A stretch of DNA of 64,000 nt from Thermoplasmata archaeon (GCA_014894395.1 JADBLO010000094.1:346-64345), one strand, 5' to 3'. Positions 37,807-47,900 are shown, counted from the stretch's first letter. Program-made: numbers and translations. Notes: generated by a model not told the origin, from the letters alone.

Positions 37807-38802
37807 ATGGTAGAGTCTTACCCGAAGGTTTCATTTTTAATACCAGTCTTAAACGAAGAAAAAACCCTGGCGCAGTCATTAGACTCCTTGCTTGCGGTGG
37901 AGTACCCAGCAGAAAAGATGGAGATTTTACTTGCGATAGGGAAATGTAATGATAACACGCGGGTGATTGCTGAGGAGTATGCGAAAAAATATCCGAACAT
38001 ACGAATCCTTGAGAATCCGACAGGAAATACATCGATCGGTCGGAACATATGTATTAAACAATCGACCGGTGAGATGCTGATGAATTACTCTGGTCACGTG
38101 GTCACCGAGAAAAACCTGCTTAAGGAGCTTGCGTTGAGGTTGCAGAGCTTGCCTGCTGATGTTGTCGCGGTTGGTTGTTCGAATCTTTCACCAGGGAAGC
38201 AGAATTTTGTTGGGGAGGTGTCTGGCGCTGCGTTTTTGAGTTTTATGGGTGGTCGGAGTTTCTTTTCTCAGAACGCGGTGTTTCCAGAAGAAAAGTACAC
38301 GGATCATTTGTCGTTTTCGTGTTATCGAAAAGAGGCTGTGGAAAAAGTCGGTGGTTTTGATCCTGTTTTTTGGTGTGGTCAGGATTATGAACTTGATATC
38401 AGGCTTCGGAAGGTAGGATACAAGATTTTGTATACACCGAAAACAAAGGTGTATCATTTTAAGCGGGATTCAATTCGGTCGTTGTGGCGTCAGATGTATC
38501 GGTATGGGATTGCTCGTGCGAAGATGGTAAAAAAGCATCCTGATACCTTGAAGTTTTTCCATTTGCTCGGGCCAGGGTTCATCCTTGGTGGCATTCTTGT
38601 GGTGTTGTTGACCGTATTAGGTTTGCTACCGTTATGGGTGATTCCTTGCCTCGTCGTAGCATATATATTGATGTCATTGGTCAGTACACTTCAGATTACA
38701 CGAAAACCGAGCGTGGTCGTGAGTAGTATCTTGTTTTATTTGTTGATCCATATCGGGTATGGCGCTGGTTTTCTTAGAGGAGTAATGTATAGTAAACTTT
38801 AG
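37807..38802 (+). CDS. Glycosyltransferase family 2 with a C-terminal membrane anchor.
   Basis: VSFLIPVLNEE GT2 N-terminus, a DxD region, and 2-3 C-terminal TM helices. 331 aa. Confidence 0.8.
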   Translation: MVESYPKVSFLIPVLNEEKTLAQSLDSLLAVEYPAEKMEILLAIGKCNDNTRVIAEEYAKKYPNIRILENPTGNTSIGRNICIKQSTGEMLMNYSGHVVTEKNLLKELALRLQSLPADVVAVGCSNLSPGKQNFVGEVSGAAFLSFMGGRSFFSQNAVFPEEKYTDHLSFSCYRKEAVEKVGGFDPVFWCGQDYELDIRLRKVGYKILYTPKTKVYHFKRDSIRSLWRQMYRYGIARAKMVKKHPDTLKFFHLLGPGFILGGILVVLLTVLGLLPLWVIPCLVVAYILMSLVSTLQITRKPSVVVSSILFYLLIHIGYGAGFLRGVMYSKL

Positions 38803-38887
38803 AAAGTAGGGCTGTTATTCTTAAATAGGGGAGACGAATTATCGGTAGTGTCGCCACGTTTTTTCTCGTGGGAAAAGAGAGGCAGAT

Positions 38888-39910
38888 ATGAAAAAGTTGA
38901 ACATCGCAGTGGTCGGTGTTGGTCATATTGGTTCCCAGCATGCAAAGCATGCAAGCAGCCTGGGTAGTTTAGTGGCTGTCTGTGATATCAAACAAGAACG
39001 GGCGAAAACAGTCGCAGCGCAGTACCAGTGTAAATCGTTTTTTTCCCTTGATGAGTTGTTAGCAGGTGAGAAGAACCTAGATCTGGTTGCAGTGTGTACT
39101 CCAAATGGGTTACATGCGGAACATAGCATAAAAGCGTTGAAAGCAGGCTGTAACGTGTTGTGTGAGAAGCCGATGGCGACAACGGTACGTGATTGTGAAC
39201 GGATGATTCATACTGCTGAGGAGACAAACAAACGATTGTTTATCGTGAAGCAGAATCGGTTTAACCCTCCAGTCAAGGCATTAAAAAAAGTAATTGACGA
39301 AGGAAAACTAGGCAGGATTCTCAACGTGCAGGTGAATTGTTTCTGGAATAGGAATCAGGAGTATTATACCTCGTCTGATTGGCGTGGGAAGTTGACAATG
39401 GACGGTGGGACTCTGTTTACACAGTACAGTCATTTCATTGATTTGTTGTATTGGTTTGTTGGTGACGTTGAGGAAGTCCGCGCGTTTACCGAAAATTTTT
39501 TACATAAGGGTGTCGTGGAGTTTGAGGATACCGGTGTGGTGGTGTTGAAGTTTGCGAATGGTGCTCTGGGGACGATTAATTTTACGATTGATAGTTTTGG
39601 GAAGAACATGGAAGGTTCCATTACTTTGTTTGGGGAGAAAGGGACCGTAAAAGTTGGTGGTCAGTATCTGAACCTCTTGGAGTACCAGTCCATCGATGGG
39701 TATGAGATCACCGGGTTGGAACCAGGGAACCCCCCAAATACGTATGGCGCAAATAAGGGATCAATGTCAAATCATGATAAGGTCTATCAGAACGTGATTG
39801 ACGTGTTGGTCCATGGGGGGAGCATTGCGACTGATCTGTTAGATGGATTAAAGACCGTGCAGATTATTGAGAAGATCTACAAGGCTGCAATAAAAGGTCA
39901 TGGTCATTGA
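38888..39910 (+). CDS. UDP-N-acetylglucosamine(uronate) 3-dehydrogenase-like Gfo/Idh/MocA oxidoreductase (WbpB-like).
   Basis: LNIAVVGVGHIGSQHA. 340 aa. Clustered with the WbpD- and WbpE-like genes. Confidence 0.8.
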   Translation: MKKLNIAVVGVGHIGSQHAKHASSLGSLVAVCDIKQERAKTVAAQYQCKSFFSLDELLAGEKNLDLVAVCTPNGLHAEHSIKALKAGCNVLCEKPMATTVRDCERMIHTAEETNKRLFIVKQNRFNPPVKALKKVIDEGKLGRILNVQVNCFWNRNQEYYTSSDWRGKLTMDGGTLFTQYSHFIDLLYWFVGDVEEVRAFTENFLHKGVVEFEDTGVVVLKFANGALGTINFTIDSFGKNMEGSITLFGEKGTVKVGGQYLNLLEYQSIDGYEITGLEPGNPPNTYGANKGSMSNHDKVYQNVIDVLVHGGSIATDLLDGLKTVQIIEKIYKAAIKGHGH

Positions 39911-39920
39911 GGGATAGGTT

Positions 39921-40388
39921 ATGAGGAATAAACCGACGATTAAGAAAGCACAAATAAAGGATGTGACGTTCGGGAAGAATGTCACTGTTGTTGAGCCGGT
40001 GAATCTCTATGAATGTGAGATCGGCGATGATTGTTTCATTGGCCCGTTTGTGGAAATCCAGCGGAACGTGAAGATTGGGAATAATTGTCGCATCCAGTCG
40101 CATGCGTTTATCTGTGAGCTTGTTTCTATCGGTGATTTCTGTTTTATTTCTCATGGTGTGAAGTTTGTGAATGATTTGTTTTCCGTAGGCAAGCCAGCTG
40201 GCGGGGATCGGTCGTTGTGGAGACCGACGAAGGTTGGTAGCTACGTGTCGATTGGGACGAACGCGACGATTCTTCCAGTGACGATTACGGATAACGTGGT
40301 GATTGGCGCTGGCTCTGTGGTAACCAAAGATATCCGTGAGCCTGGGGTGTATGCGGGGAACCCTGCTCGGAAGTTGCGATCACTGTAG
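39921..40388 (+). CDS. LbH 3-amino-sugar N-acetyltransferase (WbpD-like).
   Basis: Hexapeptide repeats. 155 aa. Confidence 0.8.
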   Translation: MRNKPTIKKAQIKDVTFGKNVTVVEPVNLYECEIGDDCFIGPFVEIQRNVKIGNNCRIQSHAFICELVSIGDFCFISHGVKFVNDLFSVGKPAGGDRSLWRPTKVGSYVSIGTNATILPVTITDNVVIGAGSVVTKDIREPGVYAGNPARKLRSL

Positions 40389-40400
40389 GAGTAATGCAGT

Positions 40401-41501
40401 ATGAATATTCCTCTTGTTGATTTGAAGGCAAATTACCTTTCCATTAAAAACGAGATTGATAGCGCTATTCAGGATGTGTTGAACAGTAGTTCGTTTATCA
40501 TGGGACCGTTTGTAAAACGATTTGAGGAGAATTTCGCGCGGTTCTGTCAAGTGAAGCATGCTGTCGGGTGTGCGAATGGGACTGCTGCGGTTCATCTTGC
40601 GTTACTGGTCGCTGGAGTAAAGAATGGTGATGAGGTTCTGACGGTCCCCAATACGTTTATTGCGACGACGGAGTGTATCTCGTATGTTGGCGGTAAAATC
40701 AAGTTTGTTGATGTTGCGCCACAGACCGCACTCATTAATATTGACGCTCTTGAGAAAGCGATCACAAAAAAGACAAAAGCACTTATTGTCGTGGACTTGT
40801 ACGGACAGATGCCTGATATGCAAAGAATTCGAGAGATTGCAATTAAGCATGACTTGTTTTTGATTGAGGATGCGGCACAGGCACATGCCGCGGAGTGGAA
40901 CGGTCATCAACCAGGGTATTACGGTGATATCGCGTGTTTCAGTTTCTTCCCTGCGAAGAACCTTGGGTGTTATGGCGATGGCGGCGCGGTGACGACCAAC
41001 TATGATGAGCTTGCGGAGAAATTACGGTTGTTAATGAACCATGGACGGACGACGAAGTATGAACATACGATTGAAGGGTATAATTATCGACTCGATGCGC
41101 TACAAGCGGCAATACTTGATGTGAAGCTTACTCATCTGTTAAAATGGACAGATTTACGCAGGGAGCATGCGCGCTTCTATGATAGGAATCTGCCTTCGAA
41201 TGTTGGTAGGATTATTGAGGCCAAGGGAGCAAAGCATGTGTATTACATGTATGAGATACGTGTAAAACCGCGTGATGAGCTTATAGCATATCTGAAACAG
41301 CAGGGGATCGAGTGTGGGATTCATTATCCGCTTCCGTTGCATCTGCAGCCAGCATATGCTTCGTTGGGATTTAGAAAAGGTCAGTTTCCGGTTTCAGAGC
41401 AGCTTGCTCAAGAGATCATTTCCATTCCGATCTATCCTGAGCTAAGCAGTGAACAGCGTGATTGCATCGTCGATCATATAAAAAAATTCGTTCATAAATA
41501 A
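40401..41501 (+). CDS. DegT-family PLP-dependent 3-aminotransferase (WbpE-like).
   Basis: DegT/DnrJ/EryC1 family. 366 aa. Confidence 0.88.
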   Translation: MNIPLVDLKANYLSIKNEIDSAIQDVLNSSSFIMGPFVKRFEENFARFCQVKHAVGCANGTAAVHLALLVAGVKNGDEVLTVPNTFIATTECISYVGGKIKFVDVAPQTALINIDALEKAITKKTKALIVVDLYGQMPDMQRIREIAIKHDLFLIEDAAQAHAAEWNGHQPGYYGDIACFSFFPAKNLGCYGDGGAVTTNYDELAEKLRLLMNHGRTTKYEHTIEGYNYRLDALQAAILDVKLTHLLKWTDLRREHARFYDRNLPSNVGRIIEAKGAKHVYYMYEIRVKPRDELIAYLKQQGIECGIHYPLPLHLQPAYASLGFRKGQFPVSEQLAQEIISIPIYPELSSEQRDCIVDHIKKFVHK

Positions 41502-41512
41502 TGTCTTTTTCT

Positions 41513-42397
41513 TCAGATAGGTTCCTGTTTGTTCAGGTTTTTTATATACGCTGAAACCCCGGATTTGAGTTCATCGTTTTTCAGCGCGAAATCAATGATT
41601 GCTTGGATGTAGCCGAGTTTGTCACCGATGTCGTATCGTTTTCCTTTGAATGCACAGGCGTATACCTTTTGAGATTCACAGAGGAGATTAATAGAGTCTG
41701 CAATTTGAAGTTCGTTATTGACACCAGGCTGTGTGCGTTTCATAGCATCAAATATCTCAGGAGTGAACACGTATCGTCCGACTGCAGCTAGTGTTGATGG
41801 TGCTTCTTCGATTTTTGGTTTTTCGACGATATGTTCGACGAGATACAGCTCATGCGCACTCGTGTTTATTTTGGTTGCTTTCACGGCCCCGTACCTGTTG
41901 ATTTTTTCTCGTGGGACGTCTTGAACCGCAATGACTGAAGAATGGTAGGTACTGTAGACATCGATGAGTTGTTTGGTGCAGGGTGTCTCAGAAAGGATGA
42001 TGTCGTCGCCTAAGAGGACGGCGAAGGGTTCATTACCGATGTGCTTTTCTGCGGCAAGGATAGCATCGGGTAATCCTTTTGGGTCTTTCTGTCTGATGTA
42101 ATGAACGTTAGCCATAGAGGAAATCTCTTTAATTGTTTTCAAGAGATCGTCTTTTTTATGTTTTGCAAGATGCATTTCCATTTCTGGTGATTCATCAAAA
42201 TAATCCTCGACTGCGCGCTTTCCTCGCCCGGTGATGATGATGATATCGTCCAGGCCTGCGTCGACTGCTTCTTTGACGACGTAGTGAATCGCCGGTGTGT
42301 CAATGATAGGGAGCATTTCTTTTGGCATTGATTTTGTCACTGGGAGAAATCTGGTTCCTAGTCCTGCTGCGGGGATCACTGCTTTTTTAATGTTCAT
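41513..42397 (-). CDS. UTP--glucose-1-phosphate uridylyltransferase (GalU/AglF-like).
   Basis: MNIKKAVIPAAGLGTRFLPVTKSMPKEMLPI. The ATG is at 42395-42397; the track start at 42457 is probably an extension. Confidence 0.85.
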   Translation of the reverse strand: MNIKKAVIPAAGLGTRFLPVTKSMPKEMLPIIDTPAIHYVVKEAVDAGLDDIIIITGRGKRAVEDYFDESPEMEMHLAKHKKDDLLKTIKEISSMANVHYIRQKDPKGLPDAILAAEKHIGNEPFAVLLGDDIILSETPCTKQLIDVYSTYHSSVIAVQDVPREKINRYGAVKATKINTSAHELYLVEHIVEKPKIEEAPSTLAAVGRYVFTPEIFDAMKRTQPGVNNELQIADSINLLCESQKVYACAFKGKRYDIGDKLGYIQAIIDFALKNDELKSGVSAYIKNLNKQEPI

Positions 42398-42398
42398 T

Positions 42399-43664
42399 TT
42401 ACCAACATACTCCTTCATAGATTTTCGCGTTTTTTGCTTGTTCGAGTCTTCTTCCATCGATAACGATTTTTCCCTGGTAATCTAAGGTGGTGAATTCTTT
42501 CCATTTTGTGGTGATAAGGATCGCGTCTGCGGTAAGGACCTCTGAAGCGGATGAACAGTATTGTATCTGGGGGTAGAGTGTCTTAAAATTATCCATTGCT
42601 TGGGGGTCGTATGCTTTGATATGCGCCCCGTTTCTGAGCAGTTCTTTGATGATTGGTATCGCCTTGCTGTCTCTGATGTCATCGGTGTTTGGTTTGAAGG
42701 CAAGTCCGAGGACGCCGATGGTTTTTCCTTTCAGCTTAGGGATATGTTTCTTGAGGATTTCGACGAGCCGGAGTGGTTGGTCAGTGTTGACAGCTTTGGC
42801 GCTTTCAATGATACGTGCGTGTTCTTTGATTTCTTTTGCCCAGGCGATGAGCGCGTCAACGTCCTTGGGGAAACAGGAGCCGCCCCAGCCTATTCCTGAG
42901 TCAAGGAATGGTCTGCCGATTCGTTTATCAAGTCCCATTCCTGTAGCAACGTCGTAGGTGTCAATACCGAGTTTTTTACAGAGGTTTCCGATTTCGTTGA
43001 TGAAGGATATTTTTGTGGCAAGGAACGCGTTGCTTGCGTATTTGATCATCTCTGCTGCGGACAACGACGTCTCTATGATAGGGCAGGAGAAGTTCTTGTA
43101 GAGGTCTCGCACGGCGACCCTGCTTCTTTCATCGTTGAAACCAATGACAATGCGGTCTGGTTCAAGGAAGTCTTGTATGGCGACTCCTTCTTTGAGGAAC
43201 TCTGGGTTCATGGCTAGTCCGATGTCTGTGCCGACTTTTTTGCCTGAGTATTGTTCGAGAAGAGGTAACACGATGTTGTGTGTGGTTCCTGGGAGTACGG
43301 TGCTTTTCACGACGACGAGATGCCAAGAATTTTTTTTCTTCAGGATAGTTGCTATCTGTTTTGTTGCTTCTTTCACATACGATAAATCGATGGTGCCGTT
43401 TTTCATTGATGGTGTGCCGACGCAGATGAACGTAATGTCGGTGTTCATGAGTGCGGTCTGGTAGTCTATTGTTGCCGATATTTTGTCCTTATAGGTGAGC
43501 AGAAGGCTTTCTAATCCTTCTTCGTAGATAGGCGAGACGCCGTTGTTTATTTTGCGTACTTTCTCAGGGTTGATATCAACACAGGTGATCGTATGTCCTA
43601 GTTTTGCAAAACAGGCGCCGGTGATAAGTCCAACGTATCCAGTTCCAATGATGGAGAGATTCAT
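42399..43664 (-). CDS. Nucleotide-sugar 6-dehydrogenase (UDP-glucose/UDP-GlcNAc/UDP-ManNAc dehydrogenase family, WbpA/WecC-like).
   Basis: MNLSIIGTGYVGL, 421 aa, with a catalytic Cys region. Confidence 0.88.
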   Translation of the reverse strand: MNLSIIGTGYVGLITGACFAKLGHTITCVDINPEKVRKINNGVSPIYEEGLESLLLTYKDKISATIDYQTALMNTDITFICVGTPSMKNGTIDLSYVKEATKQIATILKKKNSWHLVVVKSTVLPGTTHNIVLPLLEQYSGKKVGTDIGLAMNPEFLKEGVAIQDFLEPDRIVIGFNDERSRVAVRDLYKNFSCPIIETSLSAAEMIKYASNAFLATKISFINEIGNLCKKLGIDTYDVATGMGLDKRIGRPFLDSGIGWGGSCFPKDVDALIAWAKEIKEHARIIESAKAVNTDQPLRLVEILKKHIPKLKGKTIGVLGLAFKPNTDDIRDSKAIPIIKELLRNGAHIKAYDPQAMDNFKTLYPQIQYCSSASEVLTADAILITTKWKEFTTLDYQGKIVIDGRRLEQAKNAKIYEGVCW

Positions 43665-43693
43665 AGTTGAGAATGGAAAACTTTCTTGTTCTT

Positions 43694-44635
43694 TTAAAGG
43701 TTGGCGTGAAGCACGTCTCTGATGGCTTTTCTGACCGCTTCATCTGAGGTGAGGGTTGCTTTCCAGCCAAGTGTGTTTATCTTCTGTGCGTCAAGTTGGA
43801 ATCGTGGGACGTCTCCTTTCCAGCCGCGTATTCCTCCGGTGTACTTGAATGATACATTTTTGAGTTTCATTTCCTCAGCTACCATTTCTGCGATGCGTGT
43901 CACGGTGGTGGTAGTGTCGCAGCTGAGGTTAAAGAGGTTCATTTTCTCTTGGGCATGTGTGAATCCGAAGAGGATGCCGTCGACGCAGTCGCTGACGTAG
44001 AGATAGGGTTTGCATTGTTTACCGTCTCCGAGGATTTCTAATTCTTTTGGGTTTTTCTTGAGTTTTTCTATGAAATCGACGATCACGCCGTGAGTACCCC
44101 GCGCACCGACGACGTTAGCGAATCGATAGATCCAGGTTTGGAAATCAAAGGTGCCGCAGAATGCGCTGATGAGCCCTTCTGCCCCAAGTTTCCCCGCACC
44201 GTACAGAGAGATAGGCAGGGTTGGCCCATACGTCTCTGAAAGGGAGGATTCTTGTGTTTCCCCATAGACAACGGAGCTTGAGGAAAACACGATTTTTTTG
44301 ATGCTGCTATGTCGCATTGCTTCCAGGATGTTGTAGGTTGCAACAATCCCTTGATTGAGATCCAGATCGGTTTGTTTTTCTCCGAGTCGTACGTGAGGGT
44401 TTGCAGCGAGATGGAATACGATGTCATGGCCTTGGATTTCTTTTTTTACTCGTTTGAGATCAAGTAAATCAGCTTTGATAAACGTAAAATTCTCTTGGTG
44501 TAGGTGGTGTTGTATGAATTGTTTGTCTCCTGAGCTGAGGTTGTCGTAGACGGTGACCGTATGTCCGTTTTCGATGAGTGAGTCGACGAGATGGCTGCCT
44601 ATGAATCCGGCGCCGCCAGAAACAAACGCTTTCAT
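43694..44635 (-). CDS. NAD-dependent nucleotide-sugar epimerase (UDP-glucose/UDP-glucuronate 4-epimerase-like).
   Basis: MKAFVSGGAGFIGSHLVD and YGAGK. 313 aa. Confidence 0.85.
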   Translation of the reverse strand: MKAFVSGGAGFIGSHLVDSLIENGHTVTVYDNLSSGDKQFIQHHLHQENFTFIKADLLDLKRVKKEIQGHDIVFHLAANPHVRLGEKQTDLDLNQGIVATYNILEAMRHSSIKKIVFSSSSVVYGETQESSLSETYGPTLPISLYGAGKLGAEGLISAFCGTFDFQTWIYRFANVVGARGTHGVIVDFIEKLKKNPKELEILGDGKQCKPYLYVSDCVDGILFGFTHAQEKMNLFNLSCDTTTTVTRIAEMVAEEMKLKNVSFKYTGGIRGWKGDVPRFQLDAQKINTLGWKATLTSDEAVRKAIRDVLHANL

Positions 44636-44749
44636 GGGGGAGGAATCCTCTACGTTGTTTATTTTCCCTTCGATGAGAGGCGCACTTGTATGAAACGAAA
44701 CATTTTATAAAGAACTACGACTTTCTTTACTACAGGCAGGAATGGATAT

Positions 44750-44932
44750 ATGAAACAACGGATTCATCGAAATAAACTCATGTTCCATTGGATCACGAAG
44801 CATCATGAGATCGTGGTCGGGTTTAAACAGGCACGATATGGCACCTGTCGTAAATGTGGGAAGAGCATCCCTGAAGGAGATTCTCTGTGTGACGCGTGTT
44901 TTTCCAAAGATAAGGATGTCAGTAAGAAATAA
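44750..44932 (+). CDS. Small zinc-ribbon protein (60 aa).
   Basis: CRKCGKSIPEGDSLCDAC is a C4 ribbon. Sits in isolated intergenic context; weak. Confidence 0.3.
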   Translation: MKQRIHRNKLMFHWITKHHEIVVGFKQARYGTCRKCGKSIPEGDSLCDACFSKDKDVSKK

Positions 44933-45042
44933 AAAAAGAAGTGAAAGGTTTTTTGTTTCTCTCTGTTGTTTGGTGAAATGCCATTTATGGGTGAGGAAAA
45001 AGAATTTTGAAGCGCTTTTGTTATTGGTAGGGGTAATTATTT

Positions 45043-45234
45043 CTAGCCTTTTTTGACGTTGACTGCTTTTAGTCCTCTGTCGCTGTCTTCAGTTTCGTAC
45101 TCAACTTTATCGCCTTCGTTCAGGTTTAATTCCGCTGGTACCGATGATCGGTGGAGAAATATATCTTTTCCATCTTCGCCAACGATGAACCCATAGCCCT
45201 TTCGCGTATTATACCATTTTATTGTTCCTTTCAT
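45043..45234 (-). CDS. csp: Cold-shock protein (CspA family, cold-shock domain).
   Basis: MKGTIKWYNTRKGYGFI...FLH contains the RNP1-like KGYGFI motif. 63 aa. Strong AGGAGG RBS. Confidence 0.85.
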   Translation of the reverse strand: MKGTIKWYNTRKGYGFIVGEDGKDIFLHRSSVPAELNLNEGDKVEYETEDSDRGLKAVNVKKG

Positions 45235-45493
45235 GGTGGTTATTCCTCCTTATTTATTTCGGAGTTTTTTACAAAAGAACTAAAACAAAATGTTTCAAAG
45301 GCTGAGCTATGAAACGGTCGTTTCTCGTCCTTTGTACGAATTGAAATTCTGCTATTCTTTTAAATAGGTTTCTATTGAAAAAAATTGAGGGGTGTTGTGG
45401 GAATGAAATCGGTCCAGTTTTCTTTTGTTTTATTTTTTTATATTTTATTTCTTAGAAAAAAATATATACCTTAGTACATATTCGCATGTCATG

Positions 45494-46345
45494 GGGAGGA
45501 AAAAGGTGAGTAGAAAAATTCTCCTGAAGAAAGGTGTAGCCGTTGCCATTATCCTCTTGTTTCTTGGAGTCGCTGTTGTACCTAGCATCAACATCAGCCT
45601 TGTCAAGGCAGCTACCGACAATGATCTTGTTGAGGTAACTACCGAGGCGTATGGTATCAAAGGCTTCGGGAATCATACCGTGAAGCTCACCAAACAGCAA
45701 TATCAGAATTTGGAGCTGTATCTGGTTGGTTTCAGAGATCGATTGAATACAACGACAACCAGGGAAGAAGCTGTCCCTCTTTTCAAGGAAGCAGTCGTGG
45801 AATTGAACAAGTACGGGTTGCTCCCAAAGGGGATGAGTGTTGAACACGCACAAAGACTGGTAACTGGATATTATCAAAATTCCAATAGCCTCCGTACGAT
45901 TCAAAATAATTTTCAGAGCATAGCGAAGATTAAACAGAAACAAAATCTGAATCCGAACATGAAGAATGCGTTTTGTTTACTTTTTGCTGCTGCTACGAAA
46001 ATCCCTGATTATTCTCCGAGCCCATTTATCATTCCGTTTGGTGTTTTGCTTGTTTTTGGGTTAATTCCGGCATTCTTAGTATCACTGATAGGAGCAGAGG
46101 AGTTAGCAAACGCCTTGGCAGAGATAGGAATTTTTATCTGGACACTGAATCCTTTTCGAGTATTCAACTTCGTGTTGTTTATGGGGTATGAGGTAGAGCT
46201 TCGTTCATTTGGTCTGAAAGGTCTCGTTCATGAGAATTTAAACAGTGGTGGTTTATTTATGGGCTATTCTGGCTTAATGCTGTCCCCATTCAGTGACAAA
46301 ACGTATTTCTTAGGGTTTACTTTAAGTGTGAATGGTCTTAGTTAG
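45494..46345 (+). CDS. Membrane protein sharing the N-terminal module of the DUF2341-family proteins but lacking their extracellular domains.
   Basis: The start MGRKK...VAIILLFLGVAVVPS is an N-terminal signal/anchor. The GLLPKGMSVEHAQRL motif aligns with HALPTGMSKDQLISL and GLIPQGVSKEAYLSL in the 4340..6688 and 1969..4314 proteins. A Gly/aromatic hydrophobic segment follows. The track start at 45425 is an AT-rich extension. Confidence 0.55.
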   Translation, partial: GRKKVSRKILLKKGVAVAIILLFLGVAVVPSINISLVKAATDNDLVEVTTEAYGIKGFGNHTVKLTKQQYQNLELYLVGFRDRLNTTTTREEAVPLFKEAVVELNKYGLLPKGMSVEHAQRLVTGYYQNSNSLRTIQNNFQSIAKIKQKQNLNPNMKNAFCLLFAAATKIPDYSPSPFIIPFGVLLVFGLIPAFLVSLIGAEELANALAEIGIFIWTLNPFRVFNFVLFMGYEVELRSFGLKGLVHENLNSGGLFMGYSGLMLSPFSDKTYFLGFTLSVNGLS

Positions 46346-46424
46346 CACCTCTTTTTACCAATAATTTTGCAAAAAAATATTAATATATGATATGCATTAG
46401 CATTGCATAAGGGGGAATGAAAGA

Positions 46425-47486
46425 TTGAATGGTAAAATATTATCTCTTATTGTTTGTACGCTGATGATTGTGAGCACTGTTGTACCTGTATCTGGAATTG
46501 TACTAATGGAAAAGACTTCTCATCCTTTAACAAAAGGGAACATTCTTTATGTTGGTGGAAGTGGTCCGAATAATTATACCAAGATCCAAGATGCCGTCAA
46601 TGCATCAAGTAATGGGGATACTGTGTTTGTGTATGATGATTCCTCGCCGTATGTAGAAAACATTGTGATTGATACCTCAATATCTTTAATTGGTGAGGAT
46701 AAAAATACTACCATCATTGATGGTGCAATCAATGGTCACGGTGTAAATATCACCGCAGATAACGTAACGGTAATTGGGTTCACTATCCAGAATTGTAGTA
46801 ATGGATCGGGAATTTGTATATCCTCAAATAATAACAGAATCACAGATAATATCATATTGAATAATAGGTTTGGCATCGGAACATATTATGGTAACCCATT
46901 TGAACTCCCAGCGTTTCCAGGCAGCGGGTATAACACGATTACAAATAATCTAATCATTCGTAATGAGGGGTGTGGTATTTTATTGAATGGTCAAAATAAC
47001 ACCGTTAATGGCAATATTATTTCTCAAACCGAGTATGGAATTATGTTAGCGGTAGCGGTGGCCAATAATATCTCAAATAATATTATCTCCGAGAATGAGA
47101 ATGGTATCTTTATTGCAGCTTCATATAATAATGTGATTTATCGGAATAATATATCGCATAATGAAAATCTCGGTGTTCTTACCTTTTGCACTTCCTCAGA
47201 TATCATCCTTCAGAATAATTTTATTGGGAATGGACAGAATGCATATTTTAATCAGCCGATACTTACACGGTTTCGGATTCTTAAAAACACTTTACATTTT
47301 CCAATTAGTCGAAGTGTTTGGGATCAGAATTATTGGGATAGACCAAGGATACTGCCCTATATGATTCCTGGATTGATCAGTTTAATTCGTGGACCTATTA
47401 CTGACACCCCATACATTTTTGATTATTTTCAGATTGATTGGCATCCTGTACAAGAACCATACGATATTCCTTTACAAGATGGGTGA
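46425..47486 (+). CDS. Secreted right-handed parallel beta-helix repeat (PbH1/NosD-like) protein.
   Basis: Signal peptide, then repeated NNxIxxN motifs (ITDNIILNN, ITNNLIIRN, VNGNIISQT, ISNNIISEN, IYRNNISHN). Confidence 0.7.
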   Translation: MNGKILSLIVCTLMIVSTVVPVSGIVLMEKTSHPLTKGNILYVGGSGPNNYTKIQDAVNASSNGDTVFVYDDSSPYVENIVIDTSISLIGEDKNTTIIDGAINGHGVNITADNVTVIGFTIQNCSNGSGICISSNNNRITDNIILNNRFGIGTYYGNPFELPAFPGSGYNTITNNLIIRNEGCGILLNGQNNTVNGNIISQTEYGIMLAVAVANNISNNIISENENGIFIAASYNNVIYRNNISHNENLGVLTFCTSSDIILQNNFIGNGQNAYFNQPILTRFRILKNTLHFPISRSVWDQNYWDRPRILPYMIPGLISLIRGPITDTPYIFDYFQIDWHPVQEPYDIPLQDG

Positions 47487-47492
47487 CACGAA

Positions 47493-47900
47493 ATGAAAAC
47501 AGGATATAGACTGGTAGGGTTGGTTGTTGCTATCTTCTGTTTGTTTCTCCTGAATTCTATGCCCATTGTGAACGCAAATACTGATCATTTTACCAATAGT
47601 GTAGTACTTGTCATAGGGAAATGCAATACGGTATCCACAACCGCGTTGTGGTTATTTGGTTTTAAGTTCGTCTATAACAAGGAAGTTATTATTCAAGCGA
47701 ATGGTGCAGAGGGGGAGAAGATAAATGCGCTGATATTACCTTCTAAAATTGGATTTTATTTTGGTCAGGAAAATATTTTCATACAGATGGAAGGGGCAAA
47801 AGGTCTCTTTTTTTGGGGGGAAAAATCCTTGTTCTTTCATAATGTCCCACCACGGATATTTGCATTTTGTAAAGCAGTAGATATCTGGGTGAGTTATTAG
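47493..47900 (+). CDS. Small secreted hypothetical protein.
   Basis: Signal-peptide-like N-terminus and no recognisable domain. 135 aa. Confidence 0.35.
   Translation: MKTGYRLVGLVVAIFCLFLLNSMPIVNANTDHFTNSVVLVIGKCNTVSTTALWLFGFKFVYNKEVIIQANGAEGEKINALILPSKIGFYFGQENIFIQMEGAKGLFFWGEKSLFFHNVPPRIFAFCKAVDIWVSY

Noticed and set aside
13010-44635. Considered whether the island is a bacterial contaminant, or an O-antigen locus in a bacterium.
   Set aside because: The GlmU-type bifunctional enzymes, GalU/AglF-like gene, WbpBDE-like module, PQQ/PKD and PGF-type surface proteins and DUF2284 all fit a euryarchaeal (methanogen-like) genome. The composition is uniform, at about 40% GC across the window.
44636-45500. 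Possible mobile element or integration site between the glycan island and the surface-protein region.
   Set aside because: There is no integrase or transposase, and no flanking direct or inverted repeats. Only a zinc-ribbon mini-ORF and csp are present.
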